From: the human T2T-CHM13v2.0 reference genome, Homo sapiens | DNA: 64,000 nt | Assembly (NCBI RefSeq): GCF_009914755.1 | Contig: NC_060938.1 | Strand: one strand, 5' to 3' | Part shown: one piece after another, positions 1 to 9,959 of the stretch | Layout of the letters: each line of letters opens with the position of its first letter | Position numbering within the stretch: position 1 is the first letter of the stretch | Position numbers and translations under genes: made by a program | The notes under the pieces: model-generated | Told to the model about the DNA's origin: nothing | The model's input: the letters and a program-made list of their open reading frames with translations, nothing else | The model's database searches: none

Positions 1-1975
1 CCAGGCACAATCTGGCTCAGCCCAGCCCAGCCCAGCTCAGCCCAGCCCAGCCTAGCTCAGCACAGCCCAGTTCAGCTCAGCTCAGCTTAACTCAGCTCAG
101 CTCAGCTCAGCCCAGCCCAGCCCAGGTCAGCTCAGCCCAGCCCAGCCCAGCCCAGATCATCCCAGCTCAGCTCAGCTCAGCTCGGCTTAGCCCAGCTCAA
201 CCTGGCCCAGCCTGGTCCAGGTCAGCCCAGCCTGGACCACCCAGCCCAGCTCAGCTCAGCCCAGCTCATCCTGGTTCAGCTCAGCTCAACCCGGCTCAGC
301 CCAGGTCTGCTCAACCCAGCCCAAATCAGCTCAGCCCAGCCCAGGTCATCCCAGCTCAGCCCAGCACAGCCTACTTCAGCTCAGCTCAGCTCAGCCTAGG
401 TCAGCTCAGTTGAGGTCAGCTCAACTCAGCCCAATCCAGCCTGGCTCAGCCCAGCTCACCCTAGCTCAGCTTAGCTCAGCCCAACTCAACCCAGCCCAGC
501 CTTGCCCAACCCAGCTCAGCTCAGCCCAGCCCAGGTTAGCCCAGCCCAGCCTCGGCTTAGCTCTGCTCAGCTCGGCCCTGCTCGCCTCAGCCCGTTCAGC
601 CCAGTTCAGCTCAGCTCAGCTCAGCCCAGCTCAGCCCAGCCCTGGTTAGCTCAGCCCAGCTAAGCTCAGCTCGGCTCGGCTCTGCTGAGCTTGGCCCAGC
701 TTGGCTTAGCCTGATACAACCTGCTCAGCCCAGTTCAGCTCGGCTCAGCCCAGCCCAGCCCAGCGTAGCTCAGCTCAGCTGAGCCCAGCCCAGGTTAGCT
801 CAGCCCCAGTCCAGGTCAGCTCAACTCAGCCCAAACCAGCCTGGCTCGGCCCAGCTCACCCTAGTTCAGCTTAGCTCAGCCCAGCCCAGCCCTGCCCAAC
901 CCAGCTCAGCTCAGCCCAGCCCAGGTTAGCCCAGCCCAGCCTCGGCTTAGCTCTGCTCAGCTCGGCCCAGCCCAGGTTAGCCCAGCCCAGCCTCGGCTTA
1001 GCTCTGCTCAGCTCGGCCCTGCTCGCCTCAGCCCGTTCAGCCCAGTTCAGCTCAGCTCAGCTCAGCCCAGCTCAGCCCAGCCCTGGTTAGCTCAGCCCAG
1101 CTAAGCTCAGCTCGGCTCAGCTCTGCTGAGCTCGGCCCAGCTTGGCTCAGCCCGACACAGCCTGCTCAGCCCAGTTCAGCTCGGCTCAGCCCAGCCCAGC
1201 CCAGCGTAGCTCAGCTCAGCTGAGCCCAGCCCAGGTTAGCTCAGCCCCAGCCCAGGTTAGCTCAGCCCAGCTCAGCTCTGCCCAGGTTAGCTCAGCCCCA
1301 GTCCAGGTTAGCTCAGCCCAGCTCAGCCCTGCCCAGGTTAGCTCAGCCCAGCTAAGCTCAACTTGGCTCAGCTCAGCCTAGCTTGGCTCAGCCCAGCACA
1401 GCACGCTCAACCCGGTTCAGCTTGGCTCAGCCCAGCCCAGCCCAGCCTAGCTCAGCTCAGCCCCGCTCAGCCCAGCCTAGCTCAGCTCAGCCCCGCTCAG
1501 CCCCGCTCAGCCCAGCCCAGCCCAGCCTAGCTCAGCCCAGCTCAGCCCAGCCTAGCCCAGCTCAGCCCAGCCCAGCTCAGCGCAGCCCAGCCCAGCTCAG
1601 CGCAGCCCAGCTCAGCTCAGCTCAGCCTAGCCTTGCTCAGCCCAGCTCAGCTCAGCCCAGCTCAGCCTAGCCTTGCTCAGCCCAGCTCAGCCCAGCTCAG
1701 CCCAGCTCAGCCCAGCCCAGCCTAGCTCAGCTCAGCCCCGCTCAGACCCGCTCAGCCCAGCCCAGCCCAGCCCAGCTCAGCCCAGCCCAGCTCAGCTCAG
1801 CCCAGCCCTGCCCAGCTCAGCCCAGCTTAGTGCAGCCAAGCCCAGCTCAGCTCAGCTCACCTGGTGCAACTTAGCCCAGCTCAGCTCAGCTCAGCTCAAC
1901 CCAGTTCAACTCAGCCCAGTTCAGCTCAGCTCAGCCCAGTTCAGCCTTGTTTAGTCTAGGTCAGCTTAGGTCAGT
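1..1975 (-). repeat. S-mu class-switch region (5' part; continues past the window start)
   Basis: Dense (c)agctc/(c)agccc pentamers on + (GAGCT/GGGCT on -), AGCT-rich and G-rich on the minus strand; lies downstream of E-mu and JH. Confidence 0.97.
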
Positions 1976-2869
1976 TTTGCCCATCTGAGTCCATTTCTGA
2001 AAGCTGGATGGAGTTGTCATGGCCAGAAATGGTCAGCCCACCAGACCTGCTTGTCTCAGCTAAAGCCATCTCATTGCCGGGTTCCTGCACAGCCAGGCTG
2101 GCTTCCATCTTTTGTCTCCCTCTACTTGATACCCCAGTTCCCTGCAGTCCTGCCCCAGCGCCACCTGGGTTTTGGTTCCAAAGCATTACCAATCATTACC
2201 ACCCTCCACTACCTGGGTGGAATATTTCTTTGCTGCTTTAAAGTCATTAAAACATCTTGAGAATGAGACCAAGAATTTAGGAGCCTGTGCTGTGATAAAA
2301 ATGAGCAGGTCCCCTTGCTCTAGAAGTGGCAGCATATCTTCTGCACCAAGAGGAGGGTATTGAGATGCTCAGAGCCTCCACCTTCCCGGAGCATCCCCTC
2401 CCTTCTGAGTCTGCAGTAAACCCCTGCCTTTAAATTCCCTCTAGATAACAGTCATCATTGGAAACAACCAAGAAATGCATTTTATCTGAATTTGCCACTT
2501 AAAATTCTGCCATTTACCATAAATCGCTTTGGAAGGCATGGGCTACTTTCAAGGGTGCGATGATGACCTACAGTCAATGACTTAGACAAGGGCGATGCCA
2601 GTGGGGCTTGGTATGTTCTCAAGCATCATTACCCATGCCATCCCCATTCAGAGGTTGTGGAGCAGCTCGTGCGACCTCTCCTTCAAATGGGCTTTAGGGA
2701 AAGTTAAATGGGAGTGACCCAGACAATGGTCACTCAAAAGACTCACATAAATGAGTCTCCTGCTCTTCATCAAGCAATTAAGACCAGTTCCCCTTCTAGT
2801 GGAAATAAGACGTCAAATACAAAGTTTTAAGAGAAGCAAATGCAGCAGCGGCGGCTGCCTGTCTCTTAC

Positions 2870-3600
2870 CATGTCGGGCGCCTGGTCACTGCGAGCCTTG
2901 CAAAGCTTTGGCATGGAATCATTCCTCCAAGTCCATTAACAAGGGCTGGGGCCTGAGCAGCCAGTCGGCCCGGCAGCAGAAGCCACGCATCCCAGCTCTG
3001 GGTAGTCCGGGGAGACCCAAAGCCCAGGCCGGGCCTGGCAGCCACCCTCCCAGAGCCTCCGCTAGGCCAGTCCTGCTGACGCCGCATCGGTGATTCGGAA
3101 CAGAATCTGTCCTTCTAAGGTGTCTCCACAGTCCTGTCTTCAGCACTATCTGATTGAGTTTTCTCTTATGCCACCAACTAACATGCTTAACTGAAATAAT
3201 TCAGGATAATGATGCACATTTTACCTAAAACTTATCCTAAAGTGAGTAGTTGAAAAGTGGTCTTGAAAAATACTAAAATGAAGGCCACTCTATCAGAATA
3301 TCAAAGTGTTTCTCCTTAATCACAAAGAGAAAACGAGTTAACCTAAAAAGATTGTGAACACAGTCATTATGAAAATAATGCTCTGAGGTATCGAAAAAGT
3401 ATTTGAGATTAATTATCACATGAAGGGATAACAAGCTAATTTAAAAAACTTTTTGAATACAGTCATAAACTCTCCCTAAGACTGTTTAATTTCTTAAACA
3501 TCTTACTTTAAAAATGAATGCAGTTTAGAAGTTGATATGCTGTTTGCACAAACTAGCAGTTGATAAGCTAAGATTGGAAATGAAATTCAGATAGTTAAAA
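2870..3600 (-). ncRNA. I-mu sterile-transcript exon (5' end heterogeneous, approximate)
   Basis: Strong minus-strand donor GACATG|GTAAGA at 2870/2869; expected position between E-mu and S-mu; start not determinable from sequence. Confidence 0.6.
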
Positions 3601-3610
3601 AAAGCCTTTT
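3150..3610. promoter_or_regulatory. AT-rich 3' matrix-attachment region flanking E-mu
   Basis: AT-rich tract beside the enhancer core; E-mu is known to be flanked by MARs; bounds approximate. Confidence 0.55.
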
Positions 3611-3629
3611 CAGTTTCGGTCAGCCTCGC

Positions 3630-3840
3630 CTTATTTTAGAAACGCAAATTGTCCAGGTGTTGTTTTGCTCAGTAGAGCACTTTCAGATCTGGGCCTGGGC
3701 AAAACCACCTCTTCACAACCAGAAGTGATAAATTTACCAATTGTGTTTTTTTGCTTCCTAAAATAGACTCTCGCGGTGACCTGCTTCCTGCCACCTGCTG
3801 TGGGTGCCGGAGACCCCCATGCAGCCATCTTGACTCTAAT
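3630..3840 (-). promoter_or_regulatory. E-mu intronic enhancer core
   Basis: Ordered motifs: muE1/YY1 CAAGATGGC (3824-3832), muE2 E-box cacctg (3792-3797), muA ETS CAGGAAG (3784-3790), muB TATTTTAGGAAG (3754-3765), muE4 caggtg (3654-3659), octamer-like ATTTGCGT (3642-3649). Confidence 0.9.
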
Positions 3841-3859
3841 TCATCATCTGCTTCCAGCT

Positions 3860-4170
3860 TCGCTCAATTAATTAAAAAAATAAACTTGATTTATGATGGT
3901 CAAAACGCAGTCCCGCATCGGGGCCGACAGCACTGTGCTAGTATTTCTTAGCTGAGCTTGCTTTGGCCTCAATTCCAGACACATATCACTCATGGGTGTT
4001 AATCAAATGATAAGAATTTCAAATACTTGGACAGTTAAAAAAATTAATATACTTGAAAATCTCTCACATTTTTAAGTCATAATTTTCTTAACCATTTTTC
4101 TCAGAAGCCACTTCAAACATATCCTGTCTTTTAACAGTAAGCATGCCTCCTAAGATAAACAATCCTTTTC
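3860..4170. promoter_or_regulatory. AT-rich 5' matrix-attachment region flanking E-mu
   Basis: AT-rich tract (aattaattaaaaaaataaa, aaaaaaattaatat) on the JH side of the core; bounds approximate. Confidence 0.55.
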
Positions 4171-4753
4171 TCATGGAAACCAGCTTCAAGGCACTGAGGT
4201 CCTGGAGCCTCCCTAAGCCCCTGTCAGGACGGCAGCCACTGTTTCTGGGCTACCCCTGCCCCCAACCCTGCTCTCATCAAGACCGGGGCTACGCGTCCCT
4301 CCTGGCTGGATTCACCCACTCCGACAGTTCTCTTTCCAGCCAATAAAGAATTTAAGATGCAGGTTGACACACAGCGCACCTCATAATTCTAAAGAAAATA
4401 TTTCACGATTCGCTGCTGTGCAGCGATCTTGCAGTCCTACAGACACCGCTCCTGAGACACATTCCTCAGCCATCACTAAGACCCCTGGTTTGTTCAGGCA
4501 TCTCGTCCAAATGTGGCTCCCCAAGCCCCCAGGCTCAGTTACTCCATCAGACGCACCCAACCTGAGTCCCATTTTCCAAAGGCATCGGAAAATCCACAGA
4601 GGCTCCCAGATCCTCAAGGCACCCCAGTGCCCGTCCCCTCCTGGCCAGTCCGCCCAGGTCCCCTCGGAACATGCCCCGAGGACCAACCTGCAATGCTCAG
4701 GAAACCCCACAGGCAGTAGCAGAAAACAAAGGCCCTAGAGTGGCCATTCTTAC

Positions 4754-4816
4754 CTGAGGAGACGGTGACCGTGGTCCCTTGGCCCCAGACGTCCATACCG
4801 TAGTAGTAGTAGTAAT
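4754..4816 (-). CDS. IGHJ6: Ig heavy joining segment JH6 ([20 protein letters not shown]; *02-like)
   Basis: WGQG motif; donor G|GTAAG at 4753; RSS cacaatg(4817-4823)-22-acaaaaacc(4846-4854). Confidence 0.99.
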
Positions 4817-4970
4817 CACAATGGCAGAATGTCCATCCTCACCCCACAAAAACCCAGCCACCCAGAGACCTTCTGTCTCCGGGCGTCACATGGAAGCTGA
4901 CTGTCCGTGGCCCTGTCCTGCCCTTCTCATGGAACCCTCTGCTGGCCTCCCACGTACCCCACATTCTGGC

Positions 4971-5021
4971 CTGACCCCTCAGAAGCCAGACCACTGTCGG
5001 CCTGGGAAGTCCAACTGCAAG
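4971..5021 (-). pseudogene. IGHJ3P: JH pseudogene 3P
   Basis: Between JH5 and JH6; degenerate heptamer cagacgg(5022-5028)-22-ccaaaaacc(5051-5059); no WGXG motif and no GT donor. Confidence 0.85.
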
Positions 5022-5369
5022 CAGACGGCTGCTAAGTCACCCCCAGGAGTCCAAAAACCCCGGGGGGCACCCGTCCCAGAGAGCGGGTGCCTTGGAGCGG
5101 GACAGAGTCCCACCACGCAATCATCACGACAGCCCCTGAGAATGCTCCAGGTGAAGCGGAGAGAGGTCACCCCAGACCAGCCGAAGGAGCCCCCCAGCTG
5201 CCGACATCTGTGGCCGGACTTGGGGAGGACAGGCTGGGTTCCCATTCGAAGGGTCCCTCTCCCCGGCTTTCTTTCCTGACCTCCAAAATGCCTCCAAGAC
5301 TCTGACCCTGAGACCCTGGCAAGCTGAGTCTCCCTAAGTGGACTCAGAGAGGGGGTGGTGAGGACTCAC

Positions 5370-5420
5370 CTGAGGAGACGGTGACCAGGGTTCCCTGGCC
5401 CCAGGGGTCGAACCAGTTGT
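5370..5420 (-). CDS. IGHJ5: JH5 (NWFDPWGQGTLVTVSS; *02-like)
   Basis: Donor G|GTGAG; RSS cacattg(5421-5427)-23-gcaagaact(5451-5459). Confidence 0.99.
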
Positions 5421-5770
5421 CACATTGTGACAACAATGCCAGGACCCCAGGCAAGAACTGGCGCCCCGCTACGTCCCTGGGACCCTCTCAGACTGAGCCC
5501 GGGGAGGGCCCGGGGGTTGTTGGGCATTGGACCCCAGAGGCCTAGGGTGGCCCTGGCCACAGAGAGACCCGTGCTGCTGGGCTCAGGAGGAAGGAGCATC
5601 TGGAGCCCTTGCCCCTCGTCTGTGTGGCCGCTGTTGCCTCAGGGCATCCTCCTGAGCCCCCCAGGCTGCTCCGGGGCTCTCTTGGCAGGAGACCCAGCAC
5701 CCTTATTTCCCCCCAAAAATGCAGCAAAACCCTTCAGAGTTAAAGCAGGAGAGAGGTTGTGAGGACTCAC

Positions 5771-5818
5771 CTGAGGAGACGGTGACCAGGGTTCCCTGGC
5801 CCCAGTAGTCAAAGTAGT
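5771..5818 (-). CDS. IGHJ4: JH4 (YFDYWGQGTLVTVSS; *02-like)
   Basis: Donor G|GTGAG; RSS cacattg(5819-5825)-23-acaaaaacc(5849-5857). Confidence 0.99.
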
Positions 5819-6142
5819 CACATTGTGGGAGGCCCCATTAAGGGGTGCACAAAAACCTGACTCTCCGACTGTCCCGGGCCGGCCGTGGCAGCCAGCCCCG
5901 TGTCCCAAGGTCATTTTGTCCCCAGCACAAGCATGACTCTGCCCACCCTTTGCCCCAGCAGCAGAGTCCCAGTTCCCAAAGAAAGGCCTTCTGCTGAACG
6001 TGGTCCCAAACAGCCGGAGAAGGAGCCCCGGAGGGCCCCACATGGCCCAGCGCAGACCAAGGAGCCCCCGGACATTATCTCCCAGCTCCAGGACAGAGGA
6101 CGCTGGGCCCAGAGAAAGGAGGCAGAAGGAAAGCCATCTTAC

Positions 6143-6192
6143 CTGAAGAGACGGTGACCATTGTCCCTTGGCCCCAGATATCAAAAGCATCA
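6143..6192 (-). CDS. IGHJ3: JH3 (DAFDIWGQGTMVTVSS; *02-like)
   Basis: Donor G|GTAAG; RSS cacaggg(6193-6199)-23-acacaaacc(6223-6231). Confidence 0.99.
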
Positions 6193-6346
6193 CACAGGGA
6201 CACAGTCCCTGTTCCTGCCCAGACACAAACCTGTGCCCGTGCAGGACACTCGAATGGGTCACATGGCCCAAGCACAGAGCAGAGGCAGCCGGCGTCCCTG
6301 TCCCCAGCCACACAGACCCCCGGGCTGAGACCCAGGCAGGGAGGGG

Positions 6347-6408
6347 TGACGTTCCCAGGGAGACGGTGGCCGGGCTGCCCTGGCCCCAGTGCTCCAAGCA
6401 CTTGTAGC
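6347..6408 (-). pseudogene. IGHJ2P: JH pseudogene 2P (YKCLEHWGQGSPATVSLG)
   Basis: WGQG retained but no splice donor; degenerate RSS cacacta(6409-6415)-22-acatgaaca(6438-6446). Confidence 0.9.
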
Positions 6409-6754
6409 CACACTAAAGCGCAGGCCTGGTCCCCGGCACATGAACAGCCAGCGCCCAGCCCCAGCCCAGGCTCTGCCCACAACTTCTCCTTCCCGTCCCT
6501 GCCCTCGGCCTGCTTGCTACCTGTGGAGGGTCCCTGACGGGGCTGAAGCCCAGCGGGGTCCCTGCCTGTCCTTGGGGGCTCCAGCTGGCCCCAGGGCTAA
6601 GTGACAGCAGGGCTCTGGCATGCAGCCCATGGCGGAGACCCCAGGGATGGCAGCTGGTGTGGCCTCAGGCCAGACCCAGGCCGGCTGCAGACCCCAGATA
6701 CCTGGCCTGGTGCCTGGACAGAGAAGACTGGGAGGGGGCTGCAGTGGGACTCAC

Positions 6755-6807
6755 CTGAGGAGACAGTGACCAGGGTGCCACGGCCCCAGAGATCGAAGTA
6801 CCAGTAG
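6755..6807 (-). CDS. IGHJ2: JH2 (YWYFDLWGRGTLVTVSS)
   Basis: Donor G|GTGAG; RSS cacagcc(6808-6814)-22-acaaaaaca(6837-6845). Confidence 0.99.
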
Positions 6808-6962
6808 CACAGCCTCTGCCCTCCTGCTTCTCCCATACAAAAACACACCCTCCGCCCTCCTGCCGACCTCCTTTGCTGAGCACCTGTCCCCAAGTCTGAA
6901 GCCAAAGCCCTTGCCTGGCCCAGTACACCTGGCTCCCCGCTATCCCCAGACAGCAGACTCAC

Positions 6963-7014
6963 CTGAGGAGACGGTGACCAGGGTGCCCTGGCCCCAGTGC
7001 TGGAAGTATTCAGC
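6963..7014 (-). CDS. IGHJ1: JH1 (AEYFQHWGQGTLVTVSS)
   Basis: Donor G|GTGAG; RSS cacggtg(7015-7021)-22-acagaaacc(7044-7052). Confidence 0.99.
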
Positions 7015-7106
7015 CACGGTGAGTCAGCCCTGAGCCAGGGGCTACAGAAACCCACAGCCCGGGGTCCCGGGGGAGCATGGTTTTTGTAGAGCTGCCAATC
7101 ACTGTG

Positions 7107-7117
7107 TCCCCAGTTAG
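7107..7117 (-). CDS. IGHD7-27: D segment D7-27 (DQ52), CTAACTGGGGA
   Basis: ggtttttgt(7079-7087)-12-cactgtg and cacagtg-12-gccaaaacc(7137-7145). Confidence 0.98.
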
Positions 7118-7178
7118 CACAGTGGTTCTCAGCTCAGCCAAAACCCTGCGGCTGGTAGGGGGCCTGTGGGGCTGGGGG

Positions 7179-7233
7179 CTGATGTGGCTGCGGTCTCCAG
7201 GGCGGGTCGGGTCCAGGGGCCCCCAGCACCTTT
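7179..7233 (-). pseudogene. IGHJ1P: JH pseudogene 1P
   Basis: AAAGGTGCTGGGGGCCCC...CCACATCAG just upstream of D7-27; degenerate heptamer gccagtg(7234-7240); ccaaaacac about 22 bp further. Confidence 0.8.
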
Positions 7234-8870
7234 GCCAGTGCTCTCCCTTCCGCTGTTAGCCCCAAAACACGTGGGAGACCCCAGCCCTCAACCCTGCCAG
7301 TCACTCTGGAGTCTTGTGCCAATAATTTGCTGCTGTTAAGAATCATTAGAGTGCTGAAGGCTGCCAAGTGTGTTTTTCCTTTTCTTTTGTAAATTAGAGC
7401 AGATCTGAAGCTGGGTCTGTCACGCCACCTCTCATCCACTTGCTTTCTGACTTGTTTTCCCAGCAGCAGAGAGGCCCGGGTGGCGGTGGCCAGGGGAGCC
7501 TCCTCGCCTGGAGGGCCACGGCCCCCGCCAGGGCTCCTCGCTGGCCTGCAGGGGCAGGAAGCCTTTCCTGCTCTGATCCCGTCTGTGGGGCCCGGCGGGG
7601 GTTGCCTGGTTGGTTCCACCTGTTCACCGTCGTCCCACTGAACGGGAGGCCTCAGTGGGTGGCACTGGGCCTCACTCACCACGGCGCCCTGGCGTGGGCT
7701 CCCTGCGTGTCCACCAGTGCTGGGTCCCTTCTCTGAGCCTCAGCTGGTCCTCAGTGAGTCTCAGCTCTTCCCATGGTGGGTGCCAGGGAAGGTGCAAGGT
7801 GGTCTAAGGAGAGCCCCTCCCCAGGCCTGCACTGGCTGCCTTCCGCCGAGTCTGGGTGAGGGGCTTTGCACGCACCACTGGCCAGACGCGGGCTGGGTGG
7901 GGCCCTCAGGGAGGCTGAGGCCTGGGGCCAGGTGTGAGCATGGGGGTGTGCCTGGTGAGGGCCTCTGCTGGGGATGAACTGACGGGCACAGGGTGTCTGG
8001 GGGCAGGGGAGGTGCCCCTGCGGGCTTGCTGGGGAGGGTCTGTGTCGGGGCAGAGTTCCAGGGAGAGGAACAGGCAAGGCAAAGGCTGGGAGGCTGGGAC
8101 CTGTCGTTGGAGGACACAGGTGGTTTCCTGAGGCTGGGTGGAAAGGGGGCCTGTGTGCCTTGAAGGGGCCGAAGGGTGCTGGGGGCTTGCTTAGGCGCTG
8201 CCCAAGAAGGCCCCCTCAGGCACCGTGCGGGCAGGGATGAGGGGTCTGGGAGGGAAGCCTGGATGTGGGGAGAGGGTTGGGGCTCCTGTAGGGGTGTGGA
8301 CAGAATGGCGGCGGTTTGTGGAGTTTCCTACAGGGTTCCAGGCAGGACGGGGGACCCTGAGGTGCTGTCTGGGACAGTGGATCTCTCTAGACATGGTTGA
8401 ACAGCTGCCAGCATGGGGATGGAGTCTTAGGCTGGGAATGGTGAGAGAACCCACCTCCAGCCACGAGGGGCCGAGAACCCATTTGTTTAGGGGTGGTTGG
8501 GCCCTGATGGCCTGGGAGGCACCTGTGAGGGGGTGAGGTGGGGGAGTGAGGAAGAGGGTGGTCTGGCGCTGGGGGAGTGGCTCTCTGGCCTGAGGACCCT
8601 CTGCCCCCACCTGCCACAAGCACACACCAGGGAAAGCACACGAGTGTCACAGGCGTGGCGGCTGGATCCTACAATGGGTGGCCAGGGCAGGGCCCACAGG
8701 CCAGGTCGAGTTGGTCCCCCAGCCTCTCCCAACAGCTGGCATCTCCTGGGGCACCTGTCCCCCCTGAGGGTCACTTAGCCTGGATGGTACCTCCTGGCCT
8801 GGCTGCCCTGAGCAGGGCTGGGAGCTGAGCTGGGAGCTGCGGCCCCGAGGGCAGTGGAGAGGGCGCTTCG

Positions 8871-9210
8871 CTCACGTGGCCCACACACTGTTTAGGACGC
8901 GGCCTTTAGAGTCTGCTCCGCTCCCGTGGCCCACGCACTGTTTAGGACGCGGCCTTTAGAGCCTGCTCCGCTCACGTGGCCCACGCACTGTTTAGGACGC
9001 GGCCTTTAGAGCCTGCTCCGCTCACGTGGCCCACGCACTGTTTAGGACGCGGCCTTTAGAGCCTGCTCCGCTCACGTGGCCCACGCACTGTTTAGGACGC
9101 GGCCTTTAGAGCCTGCTCCGCTCACGTGGCCCACGCACTGTTTAGGACGCGGCCTTTAGAGCCTGCTCCGCTCACGTGGCCCACGCATTGTTCAGGACGC
9201 GGCCTTTCGA
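8871..9210. repeat. 50-bp VNTR upstream of JH (~6.8 copies)
   Basis: Unit ctcacgtggcccacgcactgtttaggacgcggcctttagagcctgctccg at 8871, 8921, 8971, 9021, 9071, 9121, partial at 9171. Confidence 0.98.
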
Positions 9211-9959
9211 TCCCGCGGAAGACAGTCCTTGAGCAGGAGCAGCTCCCCAGCTGAGACAGGGCCCTGGATGTCCAAGCCAGAGGGAAAGGCCCGGGGTCAG
9301 GAACAAGGGAGGGTCTGGGCCTAGAAGCAGGGAGGCAACACCTACTCCAGGCACTGAGCCTCTGGACCGTGCGGTCCTGGAGAAGGAGAAGCCAGAGGCG
9401 ACCCCTGGCAGGGATGGCAGGCCTCACGGGAGGACAGGGCACTGCCGCAGGTCTCCACGCCTTCCAGGCCTATGGTGCAGCTTGGCGAGCTGGCCAGGCT
9501 CCAGGATGGTCAGGGGCTGGCTCTGGGCTGGCTCTGTCATGGGCCAGATGGCTAGAACACAGGGTATCACTGTGAGGAATGACGCTGTCTGTCACTCCCA
9601 GGTTAGGGAGAACGCGTTGTTTCCCTTATACCCGAGGCTCCGCTTCTGATGGTCTCTGCTGTAGGAGACGTGGTTTCCACGCTTCCACCACTGCTCCTGC
9701 CGGCCTGGGTACTCTGCTCTGGGGGGATGGCCCTTCTGGGCAAAGACACAGCAGAAAGAGTCTTGCTGCTTCATTTCCCAGGTCAGAAGCAACGCAGGAG
9801 CACACCACTGCTTCAGCTGATAATCGACAGAGTCTCCCTCCTCTAACACCCAATTCCTTCCCTAAGAGGACTGGGAGAGTGAGGAGAAGGTCTGAGGAGA
9901 ATCATCTTCCCTGGCATGGAGCTTGGCATTTTGTCCCAAAGGAAACAGTGGAATTTGCT

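Noticed and set aside
657-1119. Annotated S-mu microRNAs (miR-4537-like 22-mer at ~1098-1119)
   Set aside because: Match is from memory, lies in repetitive duplicated sequence, and no hairpin or processing evidence is visible
410-1954. SAQLSPAQP-rich ORFs
   Set aside because: Translation artefact of switch pentamers on the antisense strand, with non-ATG starts
8808-8840. Mini switch-like GAGCT/GGGCT patch
   Set aside because: Only ~30 bp and in the wrong orientation; likely chance
8871-9210. CRISPR-like array
   Set aside because: Head-to-tail identical units with no unique spacers and no cas genes; human locus
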